Origin: Malacoraja senta
Taxonomy: Eukaryota
Length of the DNA: 64,000 bases
Assembly: GCA_038087875.1 (NCBI GenBank)
Contig: JAXLNO010000073.1
Location: forward strand, 434,001-498,000
Reading direction: 5' to 3'
Part shown: piece by piece, positions 51,888-64,000 of the stretch
Layout of the letters: each line of letters begins with the position of its first letter
How positions within the stretch are numbered: position 1 is the first letter of the stretch
Notes under the pieces: generated by a model
What the model saw: the letters and a program-made list of their open reading frames with translations, nothing else
The model's database searches: none
Told to the model about the DNA's origin: nothing
Program-made: the position numbers and the translations under genes

Positions 51888-52885
51888 ATTGTTTCTAAGG
51901 TGGTCTATAGCCGAGCAGAGAGTACAACACGTAGAACCTGATCCTGCTACCGAGCTTCAGATAGATGAATATAAAATCATATACATCGCTCTTCCGAACA
52001 CATCTCCTTGTATTAGACTTGTTTTTCCATTCAAACGTTGAGTTATAAAAATATTTAAAGTGAAAGAAGTGATAGAGTTGATTAGTAAAGGGTGAAAGAA
52101 AAATAACTACATCTACAATTAGTGTAGTTAGTGATAGCCACACTAACGTGGCTAGAATTCTAAAGACTTCCGTAGCCTTTGTAAAAAAAAAAATTCCCAG
52201 CTCCGTGCCCGAAGAAAAAAAAAGAGATTATTTCTAACATTCAAATAACTTCTTTGGGAGTAACAAACTTATATACATACCCATACCTACACACACACAC
52301 CATACATACATATAAATATGTATATATACCCATGTGCGTACATTTACAAGCACGTATCCCTGCAGACAAACTCAAGAACAGCAAAAATTCACAACGTTAT
52401 TGTTCTCTACATGTTATATTATTTTCTTCGCTAAATCTATAAATTTAATTTTGATTTGAAAATCAAAGAGGAAAACCGTCAAGTTTTATTATGACCTAGG
52501 CAAATTTACCTCTTGCATATCCTCTTATATAATCTAAGTATGTAATTCATCTCTACCTTAATCAAAGACTATTAATTATTAATCATTGTTATCCATCAAT
52601 ACAGTATTAAATTTTTATGAGAGAAGTTAATGTTAATAATTTTAGTAGTAATGTGGATATTAAATAAGTATTAGTTGTAGTTAGGTGTGAGTATACAGAT
52701 TATAACAATGACTAGTAAAATTAATAAAATAAAAAAATAAACAATACAAAGATCCCGATTTTCTCCAATGTTCTCCGTCCATTTCGGTTTTCGAATGGCC
52801 TTAAAGCTCTTAAAAGAACTTTAAAGGTCCTTTTAGATCTGGCGGTCCTGTTAGTCCTTGACTCCTAAGACGTAAAGTAAATTCT

Positions 52886-53923
52886 TCAGTCTACGGTCAA
52901 GTTCTCGGTTTCTTTGGCGTATTCCAGTGCTTTTTCGTGGTCTGTAAAAAATAGCTCCTTGGATTTGAAGGAGACTCTTAGTCTTGCGGGATAAAGCAGG
53001 CCGTATCTCAAACCCGGTATATTCTTCAGTATTCTTTTTGTCTCAGTGAACAGCGCTCTTTTCTTGAAGACTTCTGCCGGATAATCTCGGTAAATACTGA
53101 ATCTCACCCCTTTAAAAAGGAGCTGTCCGCCTTGAACAGTTTTCCTCATTATATCGTCAAATTCATGATCCAGTTGTACCTTTACGATGATTTGTCTTGG
53201 GTGGGCTTCATCTTGTGTACGACGTCGCTGCGCTCTATGAGCTCGACCGAGTGAAGGTTTGTAATCCAATTTTAAGGCTTTTTGTAATAGGTCTGCCACA
53301 AAATCCCGAGTGCCCATATCCTTCTCACTTCCTTCTTTCACCCCTACAATTCTTAGGTTCATACGTCTTTGACGTCCCTCCAAATCGGTACATTTATCAC
53401 TTAATTTGATCACCATTTCGGAGAGGCGTTGGTTTTCATTAATGAGTCGACCTACAGTTTCCGCACTTGTCGCCGCCCATTTCTCAAGTTCAGTTATTGC
53501 TGTTCTATGTTGATCGAGTTCTTGATGAATGGGGTCCACCTCCATTTTAACGCTCGCTTCCACCGAAGCGATCCTTACTTCCAGCTCTTCCATCTGTTCC
53601 TTGTCCTCCTCCTCCCTTGACCTCTTCCAGACTTCCAGTATTTCTTGAACGGTAGAAAGCATTTCTGCTTTAAAATCTACCTTAAAAGAGTAAAGCTCTT
53701 CTTTAAAATTCTCTCCAAAGGTTTTCAATTCGGCAGTAAGAAAAGCTTTAAGATCATCCATTTCAGTCTTTTTCTGTTTTGTTTTCTTCGGGGGCTCTTC
53801 CTGGGCAGTCATTGTACCTGAGGCCGAGGCCTCAGTTGGGCCTTCCTCTTCCATCGGAGGGGGTTTCCCTTTACCGGGTTTTTTTTGTATCCCACGGGGA
53901 GGGGGAGAACGTTGTGTCGACAT
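52886..53923 (-). CDS. L1 ORF1p (coiled coil, RRM, CTD)
   Basis: First ATG at 53923 (the track starts at an upstream TTG). DLEGRQRRMNLRIVG, RAHR, PRQIIVK and YPARL motifs are typical of vertebrate L1 ORF1. Confidence 0.93.
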   Translation of the reverse strand: MSTQRSPPPRGIQKKPGKGKPPPMEEEGPTEASASGTMTAQEEPPKKTKQKKTEMDDLKAFLTAELKTFGENFKEELYSFKVDFKAEMLSTVQEILEVWKRSREEEDKEQMEELEVRIASVEASVKMEVDPIHQELDQHRTAITELEKWAATSAETVGRLINENQRLSEMVIKLSDKCTDLEGRQRRMNLRIVGVKEGSEKDMGTRDFVADLLQKALKLDYKPSLGRAHRAQRRRTQDEAHPRQIIVKVQLDHEFDDIMRKTVQGGQLLFKGVRFSIYRDYPAEVFKKRALFTETKRILKNIPGLRYGLLYPARLRVSFKSKELFFTDHEKALEYAKETENLTVD

Positions 53924-54605
53924 ACCGTCCAAGTCGCACTCCTGATAACGTCACGCGGCAGGCAGCCTTTCAGATCGCGATCGCTGCAGGTAAGACCCGA
54001 TTTTTCTCCCGTTTCAGTTTTCTTCGGCACGGAGCTAGTTGGCGCTGGACTCAAGCCTCCATAGCGCCACCGGAAGTCCGTCAGTGGATATTTTTGATGC
54101 CGAGATAGACAAATCCTTGATTAGAACGGGTGCCAAGGGTTTTGGGGAAAAGGAAAGGAAATTGGATTGGGAGGGAGAGATCAGCCATGATTGAATGGTG
54201 GTGTGGACTCGATGGGCCGAATGGCTCAATTCGACTCCTATAACTTGTGAACTTGTGACCGTCAGAAACGTCGCCTGTCCATGTCCATCCACAGATACTG
54301 CCTGAAGTTGCTGGTGGGATCCTCCAGCTCTCTGTTTTGTGAGTTATATACAAGTACATCAGCATAGACCAACGTGTCAGGGTAGACTAAATGTGTGGGA
54401 TGCTGGTTTAGACACAAAAAGCTGCAGTAACTCAGTGGGACAGTTTCAGGGACAGCTGGTATCAGGCAACTGAACCATCCTACCAACGACTAGACAGCAG
54501 TGCTGAACTACTATCGACCTCATTGGTGAACCTCGGACTATCTATGATCGGACTTTACTGGACTTTATCCTGCACTAAACATTTATCATGTACCTGTGCA
54601 TTAAC

Positions 54606-57600
54606 TAGCAATGTTACAAAATTTTGCGATTTTAAGAATAAAGTCTGCAATTTATCCCATCAGATAAAGCATAAAAAGAAGTTTAATTTGACACCTAATT
54701 CACTTTCATATCTTCAGTATTAAAGAAGTTATGGCCATTTTCATACTCGGAAATTAGCATCTTGTTCCCTATTGCTTTTCCATTGACAACACAAAAGCTG
54801 TGATCGAGGACAGTTAAAAGCCCATAACTTTCTTAAAAATTAAGATAACTGAAAGAAATATTCAGTTATTATAGATTGAAGCATTCTGAAACAAATATGA
54901 AACAATCTTACGTAGAAGACATGAAAGTAAAGCATATAATTAGTTAGTTACCTAATTGTAGCTAATTACAAAATTCAATTACTATATCTAAACATCTATC
55001 AATTTCTTTCTTTTTTTTAATTTTTATTTATTAGAAGTACATTACATTACAACCACATACATTAGTACTCGTCATTTATATCTTCTTACAATTAATGTAC
55101 TCCATTTATTTTTTACACTAGAAAAGGAAAAGATTGAAAGAAAGAAGAAAGTGAAGGAAAAAGTGAAAGTGTAGGAAATGTGACAACAAAAAAGGACGAA
55201 GACCCTATAAGAGCAAAATTAAAAACAAAAGAAAAAGAGTTAAGAAATAGACCCTAGGAGAGAAAGAGAAAGAGAAAGAGGAAAAAGAGAGAAACAAATA
55301 TTTTTATGAGCATTACGTAAATGGGACATACCAACTCTTCAACTATCATCCCCCCTTACCTGACCTCAATTTTTTTTTTAAGTACTTTTGCACCCTATGT
55401 TTGTAATAATTCTATAAATGCAGACCACGTCAGGTGGAAGTGATCTGGTTTACCTGCTAGGAGGAGTCTTATCTCTTCTAGGTGTAATGTTTCAAACATA
55501 TTTGAAATCCACATATTAATAGTTGGTATTGGAGCCTTCTTCCAAAATTTTAGAATTAGCTTTTTTCCAGTTATTAACCCATAGTCCATTAGTTTCTTTT
55601 GAAACACATTTAGTTCTGGACCATCTTCCGTTATACCGAAGATAATCCATTCTGCTTTGGGTATCAGTCTTGTTTTAAATAACTTTGTAAAGATTTCAAA
55701 AATTTCATTCCATAATTTTTGAATTTTTGTACAGAAAACGAATGAGTGCGCTATAGTAGCTTCTTGGGATTGATATTTATCACAAATAGATGATACATTT
55801 GGGAAAATTTTATTAATTTTAGTTTTCGAATAATATAATCTATGTAAAATTTTAAATTGTATTAAAGTGTGTCTTACATTAATCGAGCATTTATGCACGT
55901 TTAATAAGTATTCATTCCAACTTTCCTTTGAAATGTTAATAGCTAACTCTTGTTCCCAGTCTCTTCTGATACCCTCCGTAGATGGTATTTGTACATTTAA
56001 GATAATATTATACAAATATGATATTAAGTTTGCTGATTCCGCTTTTATCTGCATTGCCTCGTCCAATACATCTACTGGGTTATTATAATGATCTTTTGTA
56101 TATTTTTTCAAATAGTCGCATATTTGAAAATATTTAAAATATTGATTATTTCCGAGTTTATATTTTATTTGTAATTGTTGAAATGAAAGTAATTTTCCAG
56201 TTTCATACAAGTCACCAAGCGTTTTAATTCCTAGTCTATCCCATTGTGTATAAGCTTTATCTATAATAGAAGGATTAAACGAGGGGTTATTGACTATAGG
56301 TAATAAAAGTGATACATTTCTTAATTTTAAATTTTGTTTTATTTGTTTCCAAATTCGGATTGTACTATGAATAATTGGGTTCTTATTATAATTTATGTTA
56401 TTCAATTTCATTGGAGAAAGGAGGATCGCTCCAATGTTTCTAGAGGAGCAATCCTCTTACTCCATTACAATCCAGTCCACTTGCTGGGCGGAGTTATCCA
56501 TCAGTTGAATCATATTTTTAATATTTACTGACCAATAATAATACATAAAATTAGGTAGTGCTAAACCCCCTAATATTTAGATTTATTCGGATGAGTTTTT
56601 TGTATTCTATGTGATTTATAGTCCCATATAAAATTAGTGATATCTGAGTCGAGTTTTTTTTTAAACTTCTTTGGTAAGTATATAGGAATTGATTGAAATA
56701 GGTATAACATTTGTGGTAAAAAGATCATTTTTATTGCGTTTATTCGGCCTATTTAAGACATCGGGAGCGTTTTCCAGAATTTAATTAGTGTGTTTAATTT
56801 ATTAAGTAGGGGGTCAAAATTTGCCCTAAACATACCTTGATATGGTCTGGTAATTTCGATTCCCAAATATTTAAATTTTTCTGTAGCTATTTTAAAAGGG
56901 AATTTTAAAAGATGTGTTGAATCTTTCGGTTTTATTGACATAATTTCACTTTTATTCCAATTTATTCTATATCCAGAAAAAGATCCAAAGTCTTCAATTA
57001 AATTTAATATATTTGGTATAGTGATTTGAGGTTTTGTAATGTACAGTAATATATCATCCGCGTGTAAAGATATTTTATTATATGAATCTTTAGTATTATA
57101 TCCATGGATATCAGGGTGTATTCTAATTTTGTCTGCTAGCGGTTCAATAATGAGAGCAAACAGCTGTGGTGATAATGAGCATCCTTGTCTATTTCCCCTT
57201 GATAGTTGGAATTTCGAGGATAGTATGTTATTAGTTAGTATTCTAGCTGTAGGTTTGTTATATAGTAAGTTGATCCATAGAATAAAATTCTCCCCCAGTT
57301 GAAATTTTTGTAATACTTTGTCCATATAATTCCATTCTGCTTGATCAAATTCTTTTTCAGCATCCAGCGAAATAATTGATAATTCTTGATCTTCAGATTT
57401 GTGTGAGTGCATTATGTTGAGTAGACGTCTCATATTGTTAGATGAGTATCTCTTAGGGATAAACCCCGTCTGATCTGGGTTTATTAATTTACTAATGTAT
57501 TTACTTAATCTTCTAGCTAATGTTTTCGCTAATATTTTTTGATCTGTGTTTAACAATGCTATAGCTCTATATGAACCAGGTTCTTCTAAGTCTTTATTTT

Positions 57601-59472
57601 TCTTAGGTATTAATGTAATCGTTGATTCCGCTAATGTATCAGGTAGTATTCGTTTTTTAAAAGCATATTGGTACATTTTTTGTAATCTTGGTATTATTTT
57701 ATCATAAAAGCTTTTATAAAATTCATTAGTAAATCCGTCAGGGCCTGGTGTTTTTCCATTCTTTAGTGAGTTTATTGTATCTTCTAATTCCTTAATTGAG
57801 ATTTGTGCACCCAGTTCCTCTTATTCCTTCAGCTCTAACTTTGGAAGATTACAGGTATCCAAGAACTTTGTGATATTATTGGAATCAATTGTCGTTTTAG
57901 ATGTATACAAATTCTCATAAAATTGCGCAAATCTATTATTAATATCCTTCGGTGTTGTTAATAATTCCCCTTTATCTGATTTGATCTTTGGTATAGTATG
58001 TTCCTTTTCCCGTTTTTTAGCTGGCGAGCCAAAGGTTTATGCGGTTTATCCCCAAATTCAAAGTGCTCTTGTTTTGTAATTTGAAAAAGTCTTATACGTT
58101 TGGCAGATAATAATTTATTTAATTTAAATTTCAAAATTATTATTTTATTATGTTTATCTATTGATGGATCTTTAGCATTATCTATATCCATTTGTCTAAT
58201 AAGTTCTTCTAACTGTCTTTGTTCATTCTTATTCTTTTTATTTTGAAAAGCTTGATATGAAATTATAATACCCCTAATGTATTCTTTAAAAGATTCCCAT
58301 AGTACAGTAGGCGATATATCTGGAGTATCATTTATTTGAAAAAAAGACCTCCATTTGTTCTTTTAAATATATACTCGCTTTTGGATCTTGTAGAATTTGA
58401 GAATTAAATCTCCAAAACGATTTATTCTTAGACAATCCTTCCAGTTTTAAAAAGAAAGTTAGTGGAGAATGGTCTGAAATCGAGTTTGTGTGGGATATTG
58501 CATTAGATGTTTGGGGGATTAATTTTGTATCCAGCAGAAAGTAGTCTATACGTGAGTATGTCTTATGTACCATTGAGGAAAACGAGTATTCCCTGCCAGT
58601 TGGATTAACAATTCTCCAAACATCTGCTATATTAGTATTGTTTATATAGGTATTGAGAAGTTCCCCAGTTTTCGATTTCATATTCCCTCTCTGTTTTTGA
58701 CTTGATTTATCTAAGTACGGATCTAAAACACAGTTAAAGTCTCCTCCTATTATAACGTTTTGATAGTTTGACTCTGCAATTATGTTGAAAATTTTATTGT
58801 AAAAGTGGGGGTTATCAAAGTTAGGAGCATATATATTTATCAATTTCCTAAGAATAGATTAACATTTTTAAATAGCCTAAGTGTCCAAATAACATTCACA
58901 CAATAATTCACAATATAACATAATTTTTAAATCTCATGTTCATGAATTTACAGGCCAAATGGAAGGAATTGAATGTTTAATACCTGTAAATTAATGGGCA
59001 TTTAAATCATCTTGTGAGTGAGGATTTCTGGAACGCGATCTTTTGCGGTGAATTTAACCCCGTATCAGCATGAAAAATACTGCCGTTAATTCGGGGAATA
59101 AAATCACCGTGTCGCATGAAAAAATGTGAATTAAAGGCTTCTTAAGAAGCACTTTTATACGTTTAAAGAAACCACTTTCGTTTACCTGTCCCGTGTGTGA
59201 AATCCGTCCCCGTTATCGGCGTTGACGCTTCAGGAGCTGATTTTAAAATTACTCTAGCGCTGACATTGACGATTTAATAAAAATAAAAAATACACAAAAG
59301 GCCACTAGGAACGATTCTTCAGCCAACGCTTGTACTCCAACAAAATATTAACCAGGACAAGGGAGGAGAAACCCGCGTTTTAACCCCGCCCCCCCTTAAA
59401 GGCGCCAAAATCGCGCACACGGCCAGTGGCAGAATTACAGCGCGACTGAAGGTAAGTTTTGTAACATACCTA
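54606..59472 (-). mobile_element. Same hAT MITE family, inverted, split by an L1 insertion
   Basis: 54606-55006 and 58838-59472 together are the reverse complement of 8372-9412; CATTAAC duplicated on both flanks. Confidence 0.88.
55007..58837 (-). mobile_element. 5'-truncated, degenerate L1 (second family) nested in a hAT MITE
   Basis: Broken ORF2 pieces (58328-58843 EN, 56753-57676 RT with HADD, 55395-56411 C-terminus); T-rich tail; TATCAATTTC duplicated at 54997-55006 and 58838-58847. Confidence 0.92.
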
Positions 59473-61103
59473 CATTAACCATATAATAACCATATAACAA
59501 TTACAGCAAGGAAACAGGCCATCTCGACCCTTCCAGTTCGTGCCGAACACGTATTCTCCCCTAGTCCCATATACCTGCGCTCAGACCATAACCCTCCATT
59601 CCTTTCCCGTCCATATAACTATCCAATTTATTTTTAAATGATAAAAACGAACCTGCCTCCACCACCTTCACTGGAAGCTCATTCCACACAGCCACCACTC
59701 TCTGAGTAAAGAAGTCCGCCCTCATGTTACCCGTAAACTTCTGTCCCTTAATTCTCAAGTCATGTCCCCTTGTTTGAATCTTCCCTACTCTCAGTGGGAA
59801 AAGCTTATCCACGTCAACTCTGTCTATCCCTCTCATCATTTTAAAGACCTCTATCAAGTCCCCCCTTAACCTTCTGCGCTCCAAAGAATAAAGCCCTAAC
59901 TTGTTCAACCTTTCTCTGTAACGTAGTTGCTGAAACCCAGGCAACATTCTAGTAAATCTCCTCTGTACTCTCTCTATTTTGTTGACATCCTTCCTATAAT
60001 TAGGCGACCAAAATTGTACACCATACTCCAGAATTGGCCTCACCAATGCCTTGTACAATTTTAACATTACATCCCAACTTCTATACTCAATGCTCTGATT
60101 TATAAAAGCCAGCACACCAAAAGCTTTCTTTACCACCCTATCTACATGAGATTCCACTTTCAGGGAACTGTGCACAGTTATTCCAAGATCCCTCTGTTCA
60201 CCTGCATTCTTCAATTCCATACCATTTACCATGTACGTCCTATTTTGATTTGTCCTGCCAAGATGTAGCACCTCACACTTATCAGCATTAAACTCCATCT
60301 GCCATCTTTCAGCCCACTCTTCCAACCGGCATAAATGTCTCTGTAGACTTTGAAAATCTACTTCATTATCCACAGCCCCACCTATCTTAGTATCAGCTGC
60401 ATACTTACTAATCCAATTTACCACACCATCATCCAGATCATTGATGTACATGACAAACAACAGTGGCCCCAACACAGATCCCTGTGGCACCCCACTAGTC
60501 ACTGGCCTCCAACCTGACAAACAACCATCCACCATTACTCTCTGGCATCTGCCATTCAGCCACTGTTGAATCCATCTTGCTACTCCACCATTAATACCCA
60601 ACCATTGAACCTTCTTAACCAACCTTCCGTGAGGAACCTTGTCAAAGGCCTTACTGAAGTCCATATATACAACATCCACGGCTTTACCCTCATCAATTTC
60701 CCGAGTAACCTCTTCAAAAAATTCAAGAAGATTAGTCAAACATGACCTTCCAGGCACAAATCCAAGTTGACTGTTCCTAATCAGCCCCTGTTTATCCAGA
60801 TGCTTATATATATTATCTCTAAGTATCCTTTCCATTAATTTGCCCACCACTGACGTCAAACTAACAGGTCTATAATTGCTAGGTTTACTCTTAGACCCCT
60901 TTTTAAACAATGGAACAACATGCGCAGTACGCCAATCCTCCGGCACTATTGCCGTTTCCAATGACATTTGAAATATTTCTGTCATAGCCCCTGCTATTTC
61001 TACACTAACTTCCCTCAATGTCCTTGGGAATATCCTGTCCGGACCTGGAGACTCATCCACTTTTATATTTTTCAAAAGTGTCAGTACTTCCTCTTCTTTG
61101 AAT
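59473..61103 (-). mobile_element. CR1-clade LINE, 5'-truncated, 504-aa RT ORF
   Basis: SPGPD, NYRPVSLTS, YMDFSKAFDKV, GVPQGSVLGP; catalytic motif reads YAAD; absent from the paralogous site near 18610. Confidence 0.92.
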
Positions 61104-61694
61104 CTGTGGACGGAGCGATTGTAATCGTGTATCGTCTTCCCCCTGACTGGTTAGAACACAACAAAACCCATTCACCGTACCTCGGTACACGTGACAACAA
61201 ACTATACTCAACTGAAATACACAACACTAAATTAAACTGAAGTAAATTAAATTCAACTGAACTGAATTAAACTAAACTAAATTAAAACTACACTAAACTA
61301 CACAAACTAATCTAAATAAAGAGATCTAACGGAATCAAGGGATATGTGGAGAAAGCAGGATCGGGGTAGTGATTCTGGATGATCAGCCATGATCATATTG
61401 AATGGCGGTACTGGCTCGAATGGCCGGATGGCCTACTCCTGCACCTATTGTCCATGTTTCAATGTTTTATAAAGAAACTAAATTAAACAAAACTAAACTA
61501 AACTACAGGGTAGGAAGGAACTGCAGATGTTGCTCTACACCGAAGATCGAGACAAAATGCTGGAGTAACTCAACGGGACAGGCAGTATCGCTGTAGAGAT
61601 GGAATAGGTGACATATCAGGTCAAGACCCTTCTTCATACTGAAGAAGGGTTTGAGTCTGCAGAAGGGTCTCAACCCGAAACGTCACCTATTCCT

Positions 61695-62095
61695 TCTCTC
61701 CAGATATGGTGCCTGTCCCGCTGAGTTACTCCAGCATTTTGTGTCGATCCGTGTTCTCCAGAGATGCTGCCTGACCCGCTGAGTTATTCCAGCAATTTGT
61801 ACTTGTCCACGTTCTCCAGAGTTGCTGCCTGACCCGCTGAGTTATTCCAGCACTTTGTACCTATCCACGTCCTCCAGAGATGCTGCCTGTCCCACTGAGT
61901 TACTCCAGCATTTTGTGTTCATCCGTGTTCTCCAGAGATGCTGCCTGACCCGCTGAGTCACTCAAGCACTTTTTATCTGTCCACGTTCTCCAGAGAGATG
62001 CTGCCTGACCCGCTGAGTTACTCCAGCACGTTGTACTTGTCCACGTTCTGTAGAGATGCTACCTGACCCGCTGAGTTACTCCAGCACTTTGTGTC
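61695..62095. repeat. About 58-bp VNTR, 7 copies
   Basis: TCCAGAGATGCTGCCTGACCCGCTGAGTTACTCCAGCA units; the paralogous array at about 19208-19420 has 4 copies. Confidence 0.85.
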
Positions 62096-62460
62096 TATAA
62101 ACCAAAGGAATTATCTGTACACTGCTCGATTGGAATCATTGTCTTTCCGCTGACTGGCTAGCACGCAACAAAAGCTTTTCACTGTACCTCGGTACACGTG
62201 ACAATAAACTAAACTAAACGAAATTGAAGGAAGAAGTTAAAAGCTTGAGAATAAATATGGGAATTTGTGCTTGGGGTCACGGGATGTAGACGAGGTACTA
62301 AACGAGAACCTTGTATCTTCATTTCCCATTCTAGTGACGCAACGTTAGAGTTGCAGCGCCAGAGACCCGGGTTCCATCCCGACTATGGGTGCTGTCTGTA
62401 CGGTGTTTGCACGTTCTCCCCGTGAGTTTCCTCCGAGATCTTCGGACAGATTTGTAGGTT

Positions 62461-62772
62461 AATAGTAAGATTAAACGAGAACTTACCTAAGTTTGAAGTT
62501 TGATCTTTATTTTATGAGGAGTTACGTAGGTGATTACGTGAAGAACCTCGCCAGTGCGCCTGCGCGTCAATCTTCAAAGCAGCGGTGTGAAATCACAAAA
62601 AACAACAACCGAAGTAATATAGTCTCATAATAAAACGAGTAATACAAGAACTTCCATCTGACCTTTATGATAGAGGGTAGGGTCGTCGTGGGCACGTAAT
62701 CACCTACGTAACTCCTCATAAAATAAAGATCAAACTTCAAACTTAGGTAAGTTCTCGTTTAATCTTACTATT
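62461..62772. repeat. Perfect 80-bp inverted repeat (DIRS terminal repeat / ICR)
   Basis: 62461-62540 is the reverse complement of 62693-62772. Confidence 0.92.
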
Positions 62773-64000
62773 TTACTTCGGAGTCACGTGAGTGCCTACG
62801 TGAAGATTTTAAAGCTTTGTAATTTCATGCCGTGGATCAATCCCGGCTTCTCACTGCATAGATTGACTCGGAACGAGAATAATCAATCATGCATTCATAA
62901 TAACATTTGTACCACAAATGCAGTAATTCATTTTAATTATGAAGTTAATCAGATCCCCTTTAAACCAGAGGAATTTACACAGAACTTAAAATAGTTTCTG
63001 CAAACAACCCCGCATGAACAATAGGCCGATGGTAAAAATGTTGAAACATCAACTCATTGGACCACCCGGCGGCTGCGAGGATATGGTCGACGGGGACGTC
63101 TTTTGCCCTGGCCGCCGACGTTTCTGCTGCCCTAGACCAGTGAGACGTAAAAACATAAGTGTTAATACCAGCAGCTGTTAAGACTTCTTTTATCCATCTG
63201 GAAATAGTCTGTATTGAAACTCTCTTGTGTGCTTTCTTGTGTGTGATCAACAACCCAGTTAATTGCACTACAACTCAGACCTTCATCATAATAAAGTTTT
63301 GACAGAAATTCTAAACATTTGAAACATCTGCAGTACTTTATTGCACATTCTTTTGTACACAGAACTCTTCCCATTTCTTAATATAAGAAAGGTACTGTTT
63401 TTGAGTGCTCTTCCTCCAGGCTGCCGTAAGCATGTCCACGGTATGCTCAGACAGTCCTCGTCCCAGAAAAGGCATTCGTAAAACCTGCAAATCAACAAAT
63501 CCAAACGATCATATAATGGATGTTGTTCCCCTGTACAGGGTGCAGCAATAAATTACTCTTTTTTGGGACTTTCATCAACATTTGTGTTGTTAATTCTAAT
63601 ATCAACGGATACCATGGCTGTGTAGGCCAATCTGATACTACCAATACCCTTGAAGCAGCATCTTGCCTGATTTTAAGCAAACATTGGCTTATGAGGCAGA
63701 AAGGTGGAAATATATATGAAAACATACCACCCCAATGTAGCGAGGAAGCATCAATCGCCACTGCTCCTGGATCTGGTTTCCATGAGACATATCTCGATAG
63801 CTGATGATTCAAGTCGGTCGGTCATTCCAAATCTGATTACTATATCATTGAATACCTCTTGATTCAACATCCATTCTTTATTATCATGGAACTTTCGTGA
63901 CCTGGTTTCTGCTATCGTGTTCATTCTACCTGGTAGATAGATAGCTGAAATCCAAATGTTCTTTTCAATACACCAAGACCAAAGTTGATTTAACCATTTT
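62461..64000 (-). mobile_element. Degenerate DIRS1-like tyrosine-recombinase retrotransposon (3' part)
   Basis: YR motifs HWSRAAETS and AAGWSN..FQHFY (62975-63268); DIRS methyltransferase-like segment YVSWKPDPGAVAIDA..W...YIFPPF (63492-63812); terminal repeat and internal complementary region pair. Confidence 0.88.

Larger units (their letters stand above)
47706..54079 (-). mobile_element. Full-length L1-clade non-LTR retrotransposon (about 6.4 kb)
   Basis: 5' end GGACTTCCGGTGGCG at 54079, two intact ORFs, poly(A) tail (T run to 47720), and a 16-bp TSD GTCAGTGGATATTTTT at 47690-47705 and 54080-54095. Confidence 0.96.

Noticed and set aside
59561..61075. CR1 ORFs as active reverse transcriptases (also 33076-34293)
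   Set aside because: 5'-truncated, and the catalytic YADD is mutated (YAAD; CTDN).
63492..63812. Stand-alone DNA methyltransferase gene
   Set aside because: It is the methyltransferase-like segment normally embedded in DIRS elements and is disrupted here.

Overview
Eukaryotic, repeat-dominated vertebrate DNA, most likely a cartilaginous fish (skate/ray-like, inferred from HE1-type SINEs and HER1-type CR1 LINEs). Two 200-N gaps (13083-13282, 47484-47683) split it into three contigs. The only host gene found is a minus-strand EEF1AKMT3/METTL21B-like lysine methyltransferase: coding exons 30006-29794, 20870-20759 and 13810-13416 (720 nt, 239 aa). A second intact, slightly diverged copy of its terminal exon lies at 5564-5170. 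The intron upstream of the terminal exon occurs as three related blocks that differ by transposon insertions. One block carries a full-length, two-ORF L1 (47706-54079) with a 16-bp TSD, whose empty site is visible at about 9606. Other content: CR1, L2, Rex1/Babar, Penelope (GIY-YIG plus hammerhead-like motifs), a DIRS end, hAT and Harbinger MITEs, and several satellites. One satellite is a palindromic array apparently derived from the Penelope hammerhead region. All calls were made by eye; element boundaries without TSDs are approximate.
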